Below, piece by piece: positions 42,045 through 52,066 of a DNA stretch of 64,000 bases. The translations under genes were made by a program, and so were the position numbers. Numbering within the stretch: the first letter of the stretch is position 1; each line of letters begins with the position of its first letter. Below the pieces are notes generated by a model. That model saw nothing but the letters and a program-made list of their open reading frames with translations, did not search any database and was not told the DNA's origin. The DNA comes from Nitrospirales bacterium (GTDB lineage Bacteria > Nitrospirota > Nitrospiria > Nitrospirales > UBA8639), in assembly GCA_965203295.1 (NCBI GenBank), contig CBDBCZ010000019.1:736001-800000 (forward strand). Reading direction: 5' to 3'.

Positions 42045-42340
42045 AAAAAAGGGAGACAGATTTATTTTTAAACCTTTGACGAGGATCCATCTTTCTTGAT
42101 CATTCTAGATGCCCGCTCACCACTGCGGGCATAACGAGTCAGGAAATCCTACGCTCCTCCTGAACTCCCACATTCATCTGGCACTGTCCGTCATTTGGAA
42201 TCCAAGTTTTTACATCTTATGACAACCTTTAGCCTCGCTCGCATGGTCATGATTCAGGGAAAATCCTTTGGCAGATAAAGAAATATTTTCAAGAAGGGAC
42301 AGACTTGTGGTCAGCAGGCTAATAGCTTTAGTGTACCGGC

Positions 42341-45172
42341 ATGACGCCCCCAACATCGAACGCCAAAGACTCTAAACCGCTTCATCATCTTTACCTCGTA
42401 GACGGCTCATCATTCTTATTCAGAGCCTACCATGCGCTCCCGCCTCTCACACGCTCTGATGGCACTCCAGTCAATGCGGTGCTGGGTTTTACAAACATGT
42501 TGATGAAATTGCTTGACGATATGGATGCTGGTTACGTCGCCGTTGTTTTTGATACCGCGAGGAAAACCTTTAGGAATGATATTGCTCATGAATACAAAGC
42601 CAATCGACCTGAGCCTCCTGACGAACTCATTCCACAATTTCCTCTGGTTCGTGAGGCGACCAGGGCTTTTAATGTCAGTTGCACTGAAATGGAAGGATTT
42701 GAAGCTGATGATTTGATCGCGACCTACACCCGCCAAGCTCAAGCCCTTGGAATGGAAGTCACCATTGTTTCTTCTGATAAAGACCTCATGCAATTAGTAT
42801 CGGATCACGTGACGATGTTTGACGGTATCAAGAATCGCAGGATTGGCCTTGATCAAGTTCGCGAAAAATTCGGTGTGGGGCCTGAGAAGGTTGTCGATGT
42901 CCAAGCTCTCGCTGGAGATGCCGTTGATAATGTGCCAGGAATCCCAGGTATTGGTGTCAAGACAGCGGCTCAATTGATCAACGAGTATGGGGATTTGGAC
43001 ACTCTTATCGAACGTGCGTCGGAAATTAAACAACCGAAGCGTCGCCAAAGCCTTGTCGAGCATGCTGATAAGGCCCGATTATCCCGTGAGCTTGTTCGTC
43101 TCCGTGATGACGTCCCCGTGAAGGAGTCACTTGAATCGTTCGTTCATCGAGAACCTGATCCCCAACAGTTACTGGAGTTTCTTTCGACCCAGGGGTTTAA
43201 ATCGGTCATCGCCAAAGTTCAGAGTCGTTTAGCCGTAGCTGGACCCTCAGGGGCGGAGGCCGGGAAAGTCTCACCGCCTTCCTATATCCCTTCCTCTCAG
43301 AGCAGTTATGAACTTGTGCAATCACTTCCAGCTTTACAAGATTGGGTGACACGAGCCCACTATGAGGGCTTGGTCGCGGTCGATACGGAAACAACATCAT
43401 TGGACAAAAGTCGGGCAGAGCTGGTTGGACTCTCGATGAGCTTAAACCCAGGTCACGCCTGTTATATTCCCCTCGGTCATCGTACAAGTCATGAACCTGA
43501 CGCATTGTATGATACCAAAGATCAGACACCTCTCGATTCGAATGATCTACAGCAGATTCCTATGGATGAGGCCTTGGAGGTCTTGCATCCTCTCTTGAGA
43601 GATCCATCCGTTCTCAAAGTCGGCCACAATATCAAATACGACATGGTGGTCTTGGGACGCTATGGGCTGAACGTGACTCCAGTCGATGACACGATGTTGA
43701 TGTCCTATGTGCTCGATGGAGGAAGTCATGGTCATGGAATGGACGAACTGGCTGAACTTCACCTTGGATATACCACTATTAAATATAAAGACGTGACCGG
43801 TTCAGGAAAATCGCAAATTTCGTTTGATCAGGTATCCCTGGACAAAGCCCTTGACTATGCAGCAGAAGATGCGGATATCACATTACGACTGTTTCATTTC
43901 TTGAAACCAAGGCTTGTCGCAGAACGGATGACTACCGTCTATGAGACCATTGAACGTCCTTTGATCCCTGTATTAGCTGACATGGAAGCGGAAGGGATCA
44001 GGGTAGAAAAATCTGAGCTTCAGCATCTGAGTGATGACTTTGCTCAGCGACTCAGCGCTCTTGAACTCGAAATTCACAACCTCGCTGGTCATACGTTTAA
44101 CGTAGCATCACCCAAGCAAGTCGGTGAGGTCTTGTTTGATGAATTGGGGTTGGAAGGGGGGCAAAAGGGAAAAAGTGGCGCTTATGCCACTGGGGCAGAT
44201 GTGCTGGAAACCCTCGCTGTCGAAGGCCATGAATTGCCAGCCCGAATGCTCGACTGGCGACAGCTCGATAAACTCAAAAGCACGTATACTGACGCCCTCA
44301 TCGAACAAATCAATCCTCGAACCGGACGGGTGCACACTTCTTTTGCCATGGCTACCGCTTCAACGGGACGCTTATCCTCTACTGATCCCAATCTTCAGAA
44401 TATTCCCGTGCGGAGCGAAGAGGGAAGAAAAATCCGCCATGCCTTCATCGCCGAGTCTGGGAACACGTTACTTTCCTTGGACTACTCCCAAATTGAGCTG
44501 CGATTGCTCGCGCACATTGTCAACATCGATACCCTCAAACAGGCTTTTCGCGAGGGCGAAGACATTCATGTTTTAACGGCCAGCCAGGTCTTTGGTGTTC
44601 CGGTGGAAAACGTAGACCCTCACATGCGACGAAAAGCCAAGGCGATCAATTTTGGCATCATTTATGGGATCAGTCCCTTTGGCCTTGCGAGACAATTGAC
44701 GGTCCCTCAAGAGGAAGCCGCAGCCTATATTAAAGCCTACTTCGAACGTTATCCAGGCATCCAAGAGTATATGGAACAGACCAAACAGTTTTGTCGTGAG
44801 CATGGATATGTTCAGACGCTGTTTGAGCGTCGTTGTCACATCCAAGGCATCCAAGATAAAAACGCTGCGCGGCGTAACTTTGCCGAACGTGCGGCCATCA
44901 ATGCTCCGATCCAAGGAACCGCAGCGGACATCCTCAAACGGGCGATGATACGAGTTCCGCGTGCACTGAATCAGGCAGGGCTCTCAAAGGCCGCTCGGTT
45001 GTTGCTCACTGTCCATGATGAATTAGTGTTTGAAGTCGAAATATCCGCACTCGATCACACGGCCGAAGTCGTACGGGAGGCCATGGAGTCTGCCTCCCAC
45101 CCGGCTGTCCATCTCGACGTCCCACTGACTGTTGATGTCGGGCATGCTACAAGTTGGGATGAAACGCACTGA
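42341..45172 (+). CDS. polA: DNA polymerase I
   Basis: 5'-3' exonuclease LVDGSS/EADDLI, 3'-5' exonuclease DTETT, polymerase DYSQIELR, AKAINFGIIYG, VHDEL. Confidence 0.97.
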   Translation: MTPPTSNAKDSKPLHHLYLVDGSSFLFRAYHALPPLTRSDGTPVNAVLGFTNMLMKLLDDMDAGYVAVVFDTARKTFRNDIAHEYKANRPEPPDELIPQFPLVREATRAFNVSCTEMEGFEADDLIATYTRQAQALGMEVTIVSSDKDLMQLVSDHVTMFDGIKNRRIGLDQVREKFGVGPEKVVDVQALAGDAVDNVPGIPGIGVKTAAQLINEYGDLDTLIERASEIKQPKRRQSLVEHADKARLSRELVRLRDDVPVKESLESFVHREPDPQQLLEFLSTQGFKSVIAKVQSRLAVAGPSGAEAGKVSPPSYIPSSQSSYELVQSLPALQDWVTRAHYEGLVAVDTETTSLDKSRAELVGLSMSLNPGHACYIPLGHRTSHEPDALYDTKDQTPLDSNDLQQIPMDEALEVLHPLLRDPSVLKVGHNIKYDMVVLGRYGLNVTPVDDTMLMSYVLDGGSHGHGMDELAELHLGYTTIKYKDVTGSGKSQISFDQVSLDKALDYAAEDADITLRLFHFLKPRLVAERMTTVYETIERPLIPVLADMEAEGIRVEKSELQHLSDDFAQRLSALELEIHNLAGHTFNVASPKQVGEVLFDELGLEGGQKGKSGAYATGADVLETLAVEGHELPARMLDWRQLDKLKSTYTDALIEQINPRTGRVHTSFAMATASTGRLSSTDPNLQNIPVRSEEGRKIRHAFIAESGNTLLSLDYSQIELRLLAHIVNIDTLKQAFREGEDIHVLTASQVFGVPVENVDPHMRRKAKAINFGIIYGISPFGLARQLTVPQEEAAAYIKAYFERYPGIQEYMEQTKQFCREHGYVQTLFERRCHIQGIQDKNAARRNFAERAAINAPIQGTAADILKRAMIRVPRALNQAGLSKAARLLLTVHDELVFEVEISALDHTAEVVREAMESASHPAVHLDVPLTVDVGHATSWDETH

Positions 45173-45190
45173 CTCTGATTTTTGAGCACG

Positions 45191-45964
45191 ATGAAGATAG
45201 CCACTTGGAATGTGAATTCTATCAAGGTTCGAATTCACCACGTCGTGGAGTGGTTGAAAGAGGTCGGGCCTGATGTCCTCTTGCTTCAAGAGTTGAAAGC
45301 AACGAAGGAGGCTTTCCCATATAGTGAATTGGAAGATTTGGGATACAATGTGGCTGTGGTGGGGCAAAAAACGTATAACGGTGTGGGAATTCTATCTCGC
45401 GACCCCATCGAAATTGAACAGCATGCCCTTCCAGGCAATCCGTCGGATGAACAAGCTCGATACATTGAAGCTCTTATCGGAACCATCCGGGTGGCATCAA
45501 TTTATTTGCCGAATGGAAACCCCATTGATTCTGAGAAATTCAATTACAAATTGGAATGGATGGACCGATTGCAGACCCATGCCAGAACTCTTTTGGAATA
45601 TGAAGAAGCGATTGTGCTAGGGGGTGATTTCAACGTCTGTCCCACCGATGATGACGTCTACGATCCTGATGGGTTTGCGGGCGATGCGCTCTGCCATCCT
45701 GAATCCCGTTCGCGATTTCGGATGCTGTGTCATCTTGGCTACACCGATGCCCTTAGTGTACTTAATCCTCAAATAGGGGCTTATAGTTTTTGGGATTACC
45801 AAGCGGGGTGCTGGAACAAAGACCAGGGTCTTCGCATTGACCATTTGCTACTCTCCCCGCAGGCAACAGATCGGCTTCGTATTTCAAGCATCGACAAAGG
45901 CCCGAGGGGTCAGGATAAACCTTCGGACCATACACCAGTTTGGTGTGAGTTGGAAGAACGGTAA
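45191..45964 (+). CDS. xth: Exodeoxyribonuclease III
   Basis: ATWNVNS, LQELK, YLPNG, GDFN, LRIDH, SDHTP. Confidence 0.93.
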   Translation: MKIATWNVNSIKVRIHHVVEWLKEVGPDVLLLQELKATKEAFPYSELEDLGYNVAVVGQKTYNGVGILSRDPIEIEQHALPGNPSDEQARYIEALIGTIRVASIYLPNGNPIDSEKFNYKLEWMDRLQTHARTLLEYEEAIVLGGDFNVCPTDDDVYDPDGFAGDALCHPESRSRFRMLCHLGYTDALSVLNPQIGAYSFWDYQAGCWNKDQGLRIDHLLLSPQATDRLRISSIDKGPRGQDKPSDHTPVWCELEER

Positions 45965-46074
45965 GGGATGGGCTGACTCATGATCCGTCAGTCGGAATAA
46001 GTGACTGAGAAATCGCAGGAGAAGATCTTGAGCAACGAAAACTTCAGGGAAGGAACGATTGAATCATGCGGGAA

Positions 46075-46575
46075 TTATTCAATGTCTGAGGGTGGAGATT
46101 GGCGGATCATCGGATTGTTCATCCCGTATAAAGGCTCTTCCAGCATGTCCTCTTTTGAATAAAGTCTTGACGGGTATCCTCCATAGGTATGGAGGTCCCA
46201 GAGAGTGAGACCCTGAACCATTCCATCATCTGAGAAACTGACTGAAAATGATGGTGCCGCATTCTGGTCGGATAGAGCGTAATATCCAGCTAACGGGATA
46301 AATTGTGCTGGATTGGTAGGAGGTTGTGCCTTGGCATAAGCCCAAGTCTCATTCGGTACTTCCCCTTCGGAGGAAACCTGAATATCGATTGGATTACCAA
46401 AGAGTTGCCTCACCTCTTGCTGCGTCGTCCGACCGATTTGGATGGGAACAAGTTGTGTGGGATAGTGAAGGGCAACCGCTTGGCTTTTTGTTGGGCCCGA
46501 TAGCTTCTCACTCCATGCCGTACAACAACAAAGTAAGAAGAGGCTCACGAGAAGGAAAAGAAAAGGCATCTTCAC
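46075..46575 (-). CDS. Exported protein with SmpA/OmlA(BamE)-like motif
   Basis: Signal peptide; IQIGRTTQQEVRQLFGNP...ETWAY. Confidence 0.6.
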   Translation of the reverse strand: MKMPFLFLLVSLFLLCCCTAWSEKLSGPTKSQAVALHYPTQLVPIQIGRTTQQEVRQLFGNPIDIQVSSEGEVPNETWAYAKAQPPTNPAQFIPLAGYYALSDQNAAPSFSVSFSDDGMVQGLTLWDLHTYGGYPSRLYSKEDMLEEPLYGMNNPMIRQSPPSDIE

Positions 46576-46667
46576 ACTGAAATTTTAGTCTGTCGTAAGA
46601 GCGTCTTGAGTGACAGGAGGGTCAGCCCCCAGTCTCCTAGAATAATGTGGTGAATAATAAATGGGAC

Positions 46668-46686
46668 TGTTGAAAAACTCAACATT
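46668..46686 (+). mobile_element. Degenerate second copy of the MITE left end
   Basis: TGTTGAAAAACTCAACATT is identical to 53093-53111. Confidence 0.55.
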
Positions 46687-46846
46687 CCCTAAATGCATTC
46701 CAAAAATAATGTCTTGAGAGCACAAACGGGGAGTTTAAACATGTGTCAAAGCTAATTGAGAAAACAAAGCCTACAGGCACTCTGTCTAAAAGCCACATGC
46801 TTATCTCTAGGCTGTGGGACAATGACTCAGAAATCGCACAGAGCAT

Positions 46847-47227
46847 GGTCAGCAGGGTGCCATTTATGTCCTTGAGATGGGCGAACAGATTAACGTGTTC
46901 GATTTAGCCTGCAATTTGATCAGGCTCTCCGGCTATGCTCCCGAAGAAGAGATCCCCATTGCGTTCGTCGGCGTTCGTCCTGGCGAGAAGCTCCATGAAC
47001 AATTAGTCGGCCATGATGAGACGGTGGAGCCATAATCGATTGATAAGATTCTGCGAGTCCAAACAGGACAAATGCCTGACCTGATCGTCCTCAACCAGAA
47101 ACTGAAAGAGATCGAGGAGTCGGGTATCCTTAGCGAGCCCACCGTTGTTATCGAGCGACTACGAGAGCTCCTGCCAATCTTCCAGCCACCAGACCTTCCT
47201 GAACCTTCGTTACACTCAACACCTTAA
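46847..47227 (+). pseudogene. 3' remnant of CapD/PglF-type nucleotide-sugar dehydratase (not in the ORF track)
   Basis: [26 protein letters not shown]...[12 protein letters not shown]; in-frame TAA at 47033. Confidence 0.85.
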
Positions 47228-47530
47228 GAGACCCTTCAAAGAACGACACCGTCTCAGTAGGGGTTCCTCTCATTGCCTCTTCAACCCACCACAATTTGAT
47301 AGGCTCAAATCGGCCTATTTTTTTGTCGATACGAAATTTGCTGCCCTATGGTGGAAAACTCCGAGGATGAAGCTCGATCCAATGGAAGAATACTGAAATG
47401 CTGAATTAGGGTCAAGAGGCCTTTGTCGTTTGTGGACAATATTCGTTGCATCGTATTGGTGGATTTGTTATTACCTTCTCGCGTTTCTATAATCGTCAGA
47501 AGAACTTGTAAGAAAGTGGGGATGGTTCCA

Positions 47531-49234
47531 ATGTCTGAATCTGAAATGGAGACGACTGACTTTATCAGGGCCATCCTCACCGAGGATGTCAAGGGCAAGA
47601 AAAACGGAGGACGTGTGGTGACACGATTTCCTCCTGAACCGAATGGCTATTTGCACATTGGCCATGCTAAAGCCATATGTTTGAATTTTGGCATTGCGCA
47701 AGAAATTCCTGGAGGAATCTGTCATCTACGGTTTGACGATACGAATCCTACTAAAGAAAACCAAGAATATATGGAATCCATCAAGACTGATGTGCGCTGG
47801 CTTGGCTTTGATTGGGGAGACGGATTGTTCTATGCCTCTGACAATTTTGAACGACTCTATGAATTTGCACTCCATCTCATCAGAAAAGGTAGAGCCTATG
47901 TGGATAGCTTGAGTGCGGATGATATTCGACAATTCCGAGGCACGCTTACGGAGCCTGGGAAAGATAGTCCTTTTCGTAACAGAACAGTACAAGACAATCT
48001 TCAATTGTTTGCCGCCATGCGGGCAGGGGAATTTGATGATGGAGAACATGTCTTACGGGCTAAGATCGACATGGCTTCCCCTAACATCAATCTGCGCGAT
48101 CCAACCCTTTATCGAATTCGATGCGAGTCACATTATCGAAGAGGTCATGCGTGGTCGATCTATCCGACGTATGACTTTGCTCATCCGCTTTCTGATTCCA
48201 TAGAAGGCATTACCCACTCGCTCTGCACCCTTGAATTTGAAGATCATCGTCCTCTCTATGATTGGGTGCTCAACGAATGTGAAGTGGAGTGCCATTCTCA
48301 GCAAATCGAGTTTGCCCGTTTGAATCTCAATTTCACAGTCTTGAGCAAACGGAAACTGCTGGATTTGGTTCAAGAAGGCCATGTCGCAGGATGGGATGAT
48401 CCTCGACTCCCGACCCTCATGGGATTACGCCGTCGAGGGTTTCCCCCTGAAGCCATTCGAAATTTTTGCGATCATATCGGGGTTGCTAAACATGATGGGA
48501 TCCTGGAGATAGCGTTGTTGGAACATTTTGTGCGTGAGGAATTGAACCGACGAGCTCCTCGCGTGATGGCGGTGTTGCGGCCTCTACGAATTGTGATCAC
48601 CAACTATCCTGAAGGGCACGTGGAAGAATTGACATCGATCAATAATCCTGAGGATCCCAATATGGGGTCACGCCTGGTTCCATTTTCTCGAGAGATCTAT
48701 ATCGAGCAAGATGATTTCCGCGAAGATCCTCCTAAGAAGTTTTTTCGTTTAGCGCCAGGACAAGAAGTCAGACTCCGGTATGCATACATCATTAAATGTG
48801 TCGGAGTGGTGAAAGACCCTCAGACCCAAGAAGTCACCGAAGTCCACTGTACTTATGATCCAGAGACACGGAGTGGGGGACCTCAAGCCGGACGGAAGGT
48901 CAAGGGGACGTTACATTGGGTGTCTGCATCCCATGGCTTAGAGGCTGAAGTGCGTTTATACGATAATCTGTTTTCAGTGCCCAATCCGAGTGATAGCAAA
49001 GAAGGTCAAGATTACCGATCATTCCTCAATCCTCATTCTTTAGAAACCGTATCTTCATGCTATGTGGAACCAAGTCTGGCTCAGGCTTTGCTTGGAACCA
49101 CGTATCAATTTGAACGATTGGGCTATTTTTGTGTGGACAATATAGAGTCTTCTCATTCCAAACTCATTTTTAACCGCACGGTTCCACTTCGAGATTCCTG
49201 GTCAAAGATTGAGAAAGCACAATCAGCTCGGTAA
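47531..49234 (+). CDS. glnS: Glutamine--tRNA ligase
   Basis: [39 protein letters not shown]; start codon uncertain. Confidence 0.95.
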   Translation: MSESEMETTDFIRAILTEDVKGKKNGGRVVTRFPPEPNGYLHIGHAKAICLNFGIAQEIPGGICHLRFDDTNPTKENQEYMESIKTDVRWLGFDWGDGLFYASDNFERLYEFALHLIRKGRAYVDSLSADDIRQFRGTLTEPGKDSPFRNRTVQDNLQLFAAMRAGEFDDGEHVLRAKIDMASPNINLRDPTLYRIRCESHYRRGHAWSIYPTYDFAHPLSDSIEGITHSLCTLEFEDHRPLYDWVLNECEVECHSQQIEFARLNLNFTVLSKRKLLDLVQEGHVAGWDDPRLPTLMGLRRRGFPPEAIRNFCDHIGVAKHDGILEIALLEHFVREELNRRAPRVMAVLRPLRIVITNYPEGHVEELTSINNPEDPNMGSRLVPFSREIYIEQDDFREDPPKKFFRLAPGQEVRLRYAYIIKCVGVVKDPQTQEVTEVHCTYDPETRSGGPQAGRKVKGTLHWVSASHGLEAEVRLYDNLFSVPNPSDSKEGQDYRSFLNPHSLETVSSCYVEPSLAQALLGTTYQFERLGYFCVDNIESSHSKLIFNRTVPLRDSWSKIEKAQSAR

Positions 49235-49312
49235 GGACTGTCTGGAAGGGAATCATTGAAGAAGTGAGGTCTCGTGAAGCGAGAAGAGGACAGCTCTTTC
49301 TGACACGACGTT

Positions 49313-50215
49313 TTAGCGGGCCTGTCTGTCTTTGAGAGAGCCAAAGGTTGTAATCCCAAGGGATTTATAGATCTGCAAAGAAGCTTTCGATTTATTCAAA
49401 GTATAGAAGTGGATCCCTTTGGCCCTATTGTCGATCAAATCCATGACCTGCTCAGTTGCCCAATGGATTCCAATGTGTTCGGCTTTTTCATCGCTTTCGG
49501 CCTGGCTCATCGCATGGAGAAGTTTCGCCGGAAATCTAGCTCCAAGGGCGAGTTCGGCCATTCGAGTCATGCCCTTCCGTGAGGTAATGGGCATAATTCC
49601 TGCGATGATGGGGACATGAATCCCTGCGAGGGCACATCGTTCGCAAAAATCATAAAAATCTCGATTGTCGAAGAACAGTTGTGTGCAGATGTAGTCAGCA
49701 CCCGCGTCGACTTTTCTTTTTAGATGATCAATTTCCATAAGGCGGTTTGGTGTGTCAGGGTGTCCCTCTGGAAAACCTGCGATGCCAATTCCCATCGTGG
49801 GAAAATATTTCTTGATAAATGCCACGAGTTCCCAGGCGTAATCGAACCCATTTGTCTCAGGAACAAATTGAGATTGACCTTTAGATGGGTCCCCCCTGAG
49901 CGCCATAATGTTTTGAATGCCGCTATCCTGGTACATTTTCAGGATATGAAAGATATCGTCTTGACTTGAGCCAACACAGGTCAAGTGGGATACCAGGGTG
50001 AGACTGGTTTCCTGCTGCAATTTGACGACGAGGTCATGAGTGAGCTGACGCGTGGAGCCTCCGGCGCCGTAGGTGACGCTGATATAAGCCGGCTTGAGGG
50101 GGACGAGTTGTTGAATCGTTTCAAAAAGCTCCTTCGAGGCCGCCTCGGTTTTGGGAGGAAAAAATTCAAAGCTTATGGCGGGAGTATTGTGATTGAGCAC
50201 TTCCGCGATGTGCAT
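49313..50215 (-). CDS. metF: 5,10-methylenetetrahydrofolate reductase
   Basis: SFEFFPPK, VTYGAGGS, ALRGDP, TQLFFD, HFYTLN. Confidence 0.95.
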   Translation of the reverse strand: MHIAEVLNHNTPAISFEFFPPKTEAASKELFETIQQLVPLKPAYISVTYGAGGSTRQLTHDLVVKLQQETSLTLVSHLTCVGSSQDDIFHILKMYQDSGIQNIMALRGDPSKGQSQFVPETNGFDYAWELVAFIKKYFPTMGIGIAGFPEGHPDTPNRLMEIDHLKRKVDAGADYICTQLFFDNRDFYDFCERCALAGIHVPIIAGIMPITSRKGMTRMAELALGARFPAKLLHAMSQAESDEKAEHIGIHWATEQVMDLIDNRAKGIHFYTLNKSKASLQIYKSLGITTFGSLKDRQAR

Positions 50216-50610
50216 GAAAAGGCCTTTCCGCGTTCAGGGAAGTTGGGGAAATCCCTTGTTTATTTATAGAGCCAGTATTCTGATATCCCAAATGGCTCGA
50301 ATCCCAGACTATGAAATAAAGTTTACCATTAAAGGATATTTGGAGACTGTTTGACAAGAGATTGATTGAATGGAGAGAAAGTTGTGGGCCTCAGGGTTTG
50401 GTTTCTTCTCATTCAACAGGTCGGCGATCAAAACCTCTATCAGGCTTGCCTGGTTCGTCATGTCGCCAATATTTTAATTCCCTGCTCATCAGAAATATTT
50501 CAAGCCTCTCGCGTTTTTGGTAAGGTAACAACTCCACTCAGCGTGACGCATGCTCGGGGAAGCCTCCAATTGGTCTTTCATGAAGGATTAATGAAGAGGA
50601 AAACGACGAG

Positions 50611-51114
50611 TTGATCTCTGAAAACGTTCAGATATCGGTGATCCAGGGCAGCATTTTGGAAGTGGATGCCCAATTTATCGTCAATGCGGCCAACAGCTAT
50701 GGTCTCATGGGTGGCGGTGTTGCTGGAGTCATTCGTCGAGCCGCAAGTTCTCAAGTAGAACAAGAGGCATGTGAACAGGCGCCGATCAACGTAGGGAAGG
50801 CTGTGCTGACGACCGGAGGACGAACCAAATTTCTCGGCATCATTCATGCTCCGACAATGCCTGAGCCAGCGATGCGTATCCCAGCCGACAACGTGGCGTT
50901 GGCCACGAGAGCAGCATTGACGTTAGCTGACGAAAAAGGGTTTTTTTCTCTAGCCATTCCTGGTATGGGAACGGGGGTAGGTGGGGTTTCTACATCACTA
51001 GCGGCACGGAAAATGGTGGAAGAAATCCGAAATTTTTCTCCAACGTCCCTTTGAGAGGTCGTTCTCGCCGACATTGATCCCTTGATGGTGGAAACGTGGC
51101 AAGAGTATCTTTAA
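50611..51114 (+). pseudogene. Macro-domain protein with premature TGA at 51052 (about 19 C-terminal residues lost)
   Basis: IVNAAN...MGGGVAG, IIHAPTM, PGMGTGVGG; the frame continues EVVLADIDPLMVETWQEYL*. Confidence 0.75.
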
Positions 51115-51177
51115 ATCAACCAGTTTTCGTTTCCAAATGGAGAATGCTTTACATTGTTTCTATAAGATGAGATCTGT

Positions 51178-52026
51178 ATGCCACTTGAAGATGAGTTTTG
51201 TGACATCGTAAAAAAAGCCCGTTTCGGGCAGAAGTTGTCGTTGGAGAAAGTCGCTGAAGAAGCGGAATTGTCTGTCAAGGATTTAGAACGATTAGAGAAA
51301 GGTGCGCGTTCTCCTTCAGTGAGAGAAGTTGAGGCGATTGGTCAGACTCTTCAGCTCAGGATGGAACCCTTGATTCAAATCGCCTTGGAGGCTTGGACTC
51401 CCTTCCTTCCTACTTTACCTGAACATGAAGGACAGGTGGTCACTGTGGAAAGGGATATCGGTGGGTATGCTGTGAAGGGTTATCTCCTGTACGATTCAAA
51501 TACCAAAGACGCAGTGTTGATTGATACGGCGTATAATGCGGAGAAGATGCTTCAGGAAGTCAAACAACGAGGCTTGCAAGTGAGGGGAGTGTGTTTGACT
51601 CATGGTCATGCAGACCATGCTGGAGGGCTTGATCGGATTTTGGCTGAATGGCCAGTGCCAGTATATCTGGGCCATGAAGATGTTTCACTTTTGCCTTGGA
51701 AACCACCCCAAGACCATCTTTCCGTACCCAAAGATTACCAAACTCTCCCGGTAGGGAATCTTATGCTTGAATTCCTGGCTACCCCTGGCCATACGCCAGG
51801 TGGATTTTGTTTTAAACTGACCCATAAAGGCTCTGACCTGTGTTTTGTCGGGGATACTCTGTTCGCAGGTTCGATTGGACGATCCAATCCTTTTTCTTTG
51901 TATCCATCTCATTTACATTCAGTCCGAGAGCATGTGCTTCAGCTTCCCCTAGATTGTGCGTTGTTGCCTGGGCATGGTCCTGCAACGACTGTCAAGCAGG
52001 AATTAGAACATAATCCTTTTGGATAA
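51178..52026 (+). CDS. XRE-type HTH fused to MBL-fold metallohydrolase
   Basis: N-terminal KKARFGQKLSLEKVAEEAELS...LEKGARSP; LTHGHADH, TPGHTPG, GDTLF, PGHG. Confidence 0.85.
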   Translation: MPLEDEFCDIVKKARFGQKLSLEKVAEEAELSVKDLERLEKGARSPSVREVEAIGQTLQLRMEPLIQIALEAWTPFLPTLPEHEGQVVTVERDIGGYAVKGYLLYDSNTKDAVLIDTAYNAEKMLQEVKQRGLQVRGVCLTHGHADHAGGLDRILAEWPVPVYLGHEDVSLLPWKPPQDHLSVPKDYQTLPVGNLMLEFLATPGHTPGGFCFKLTHKGSDLCFVGDTLFAGSIGRSNPFSLYPSHLHSVREHVLQLPLDCALLPGHGPATTVKQELEHNPFG

Positions 52027-52066
52027 AAGGACACTGGACATTCGGTTGAGAGGATAGAATCCGTCT

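Noticed and set aside
2813..42099. Short ORFs with FRQKDPKPF / GCGTRFAQTVL / MAAELASLRQSSP at 2813, 2890, 3551, 3588, 30672 and 41884
   Set aside because: These are translations of the non-coding repeat. Frames and lengths differ between copies, and conservation follows base pairing rather than codons.
50216..50365. SAM/SAH riboswitch upstream of metF
   Set aside because: Only a weak hairpin; no recognisable aptamer consensus.
22303..51054. Stop-codon reassignment or readthrough (Pyl, Sec, alternative code) to explain many in-frame stops
   Set aside because: All three stop types occur. They appear to replace different residues (Trp and Glu in ychJ, Gln in DUF4157, probably Arg in the macro domain), each one base from a sense codon. 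TAG and TGA end intact genes normally.
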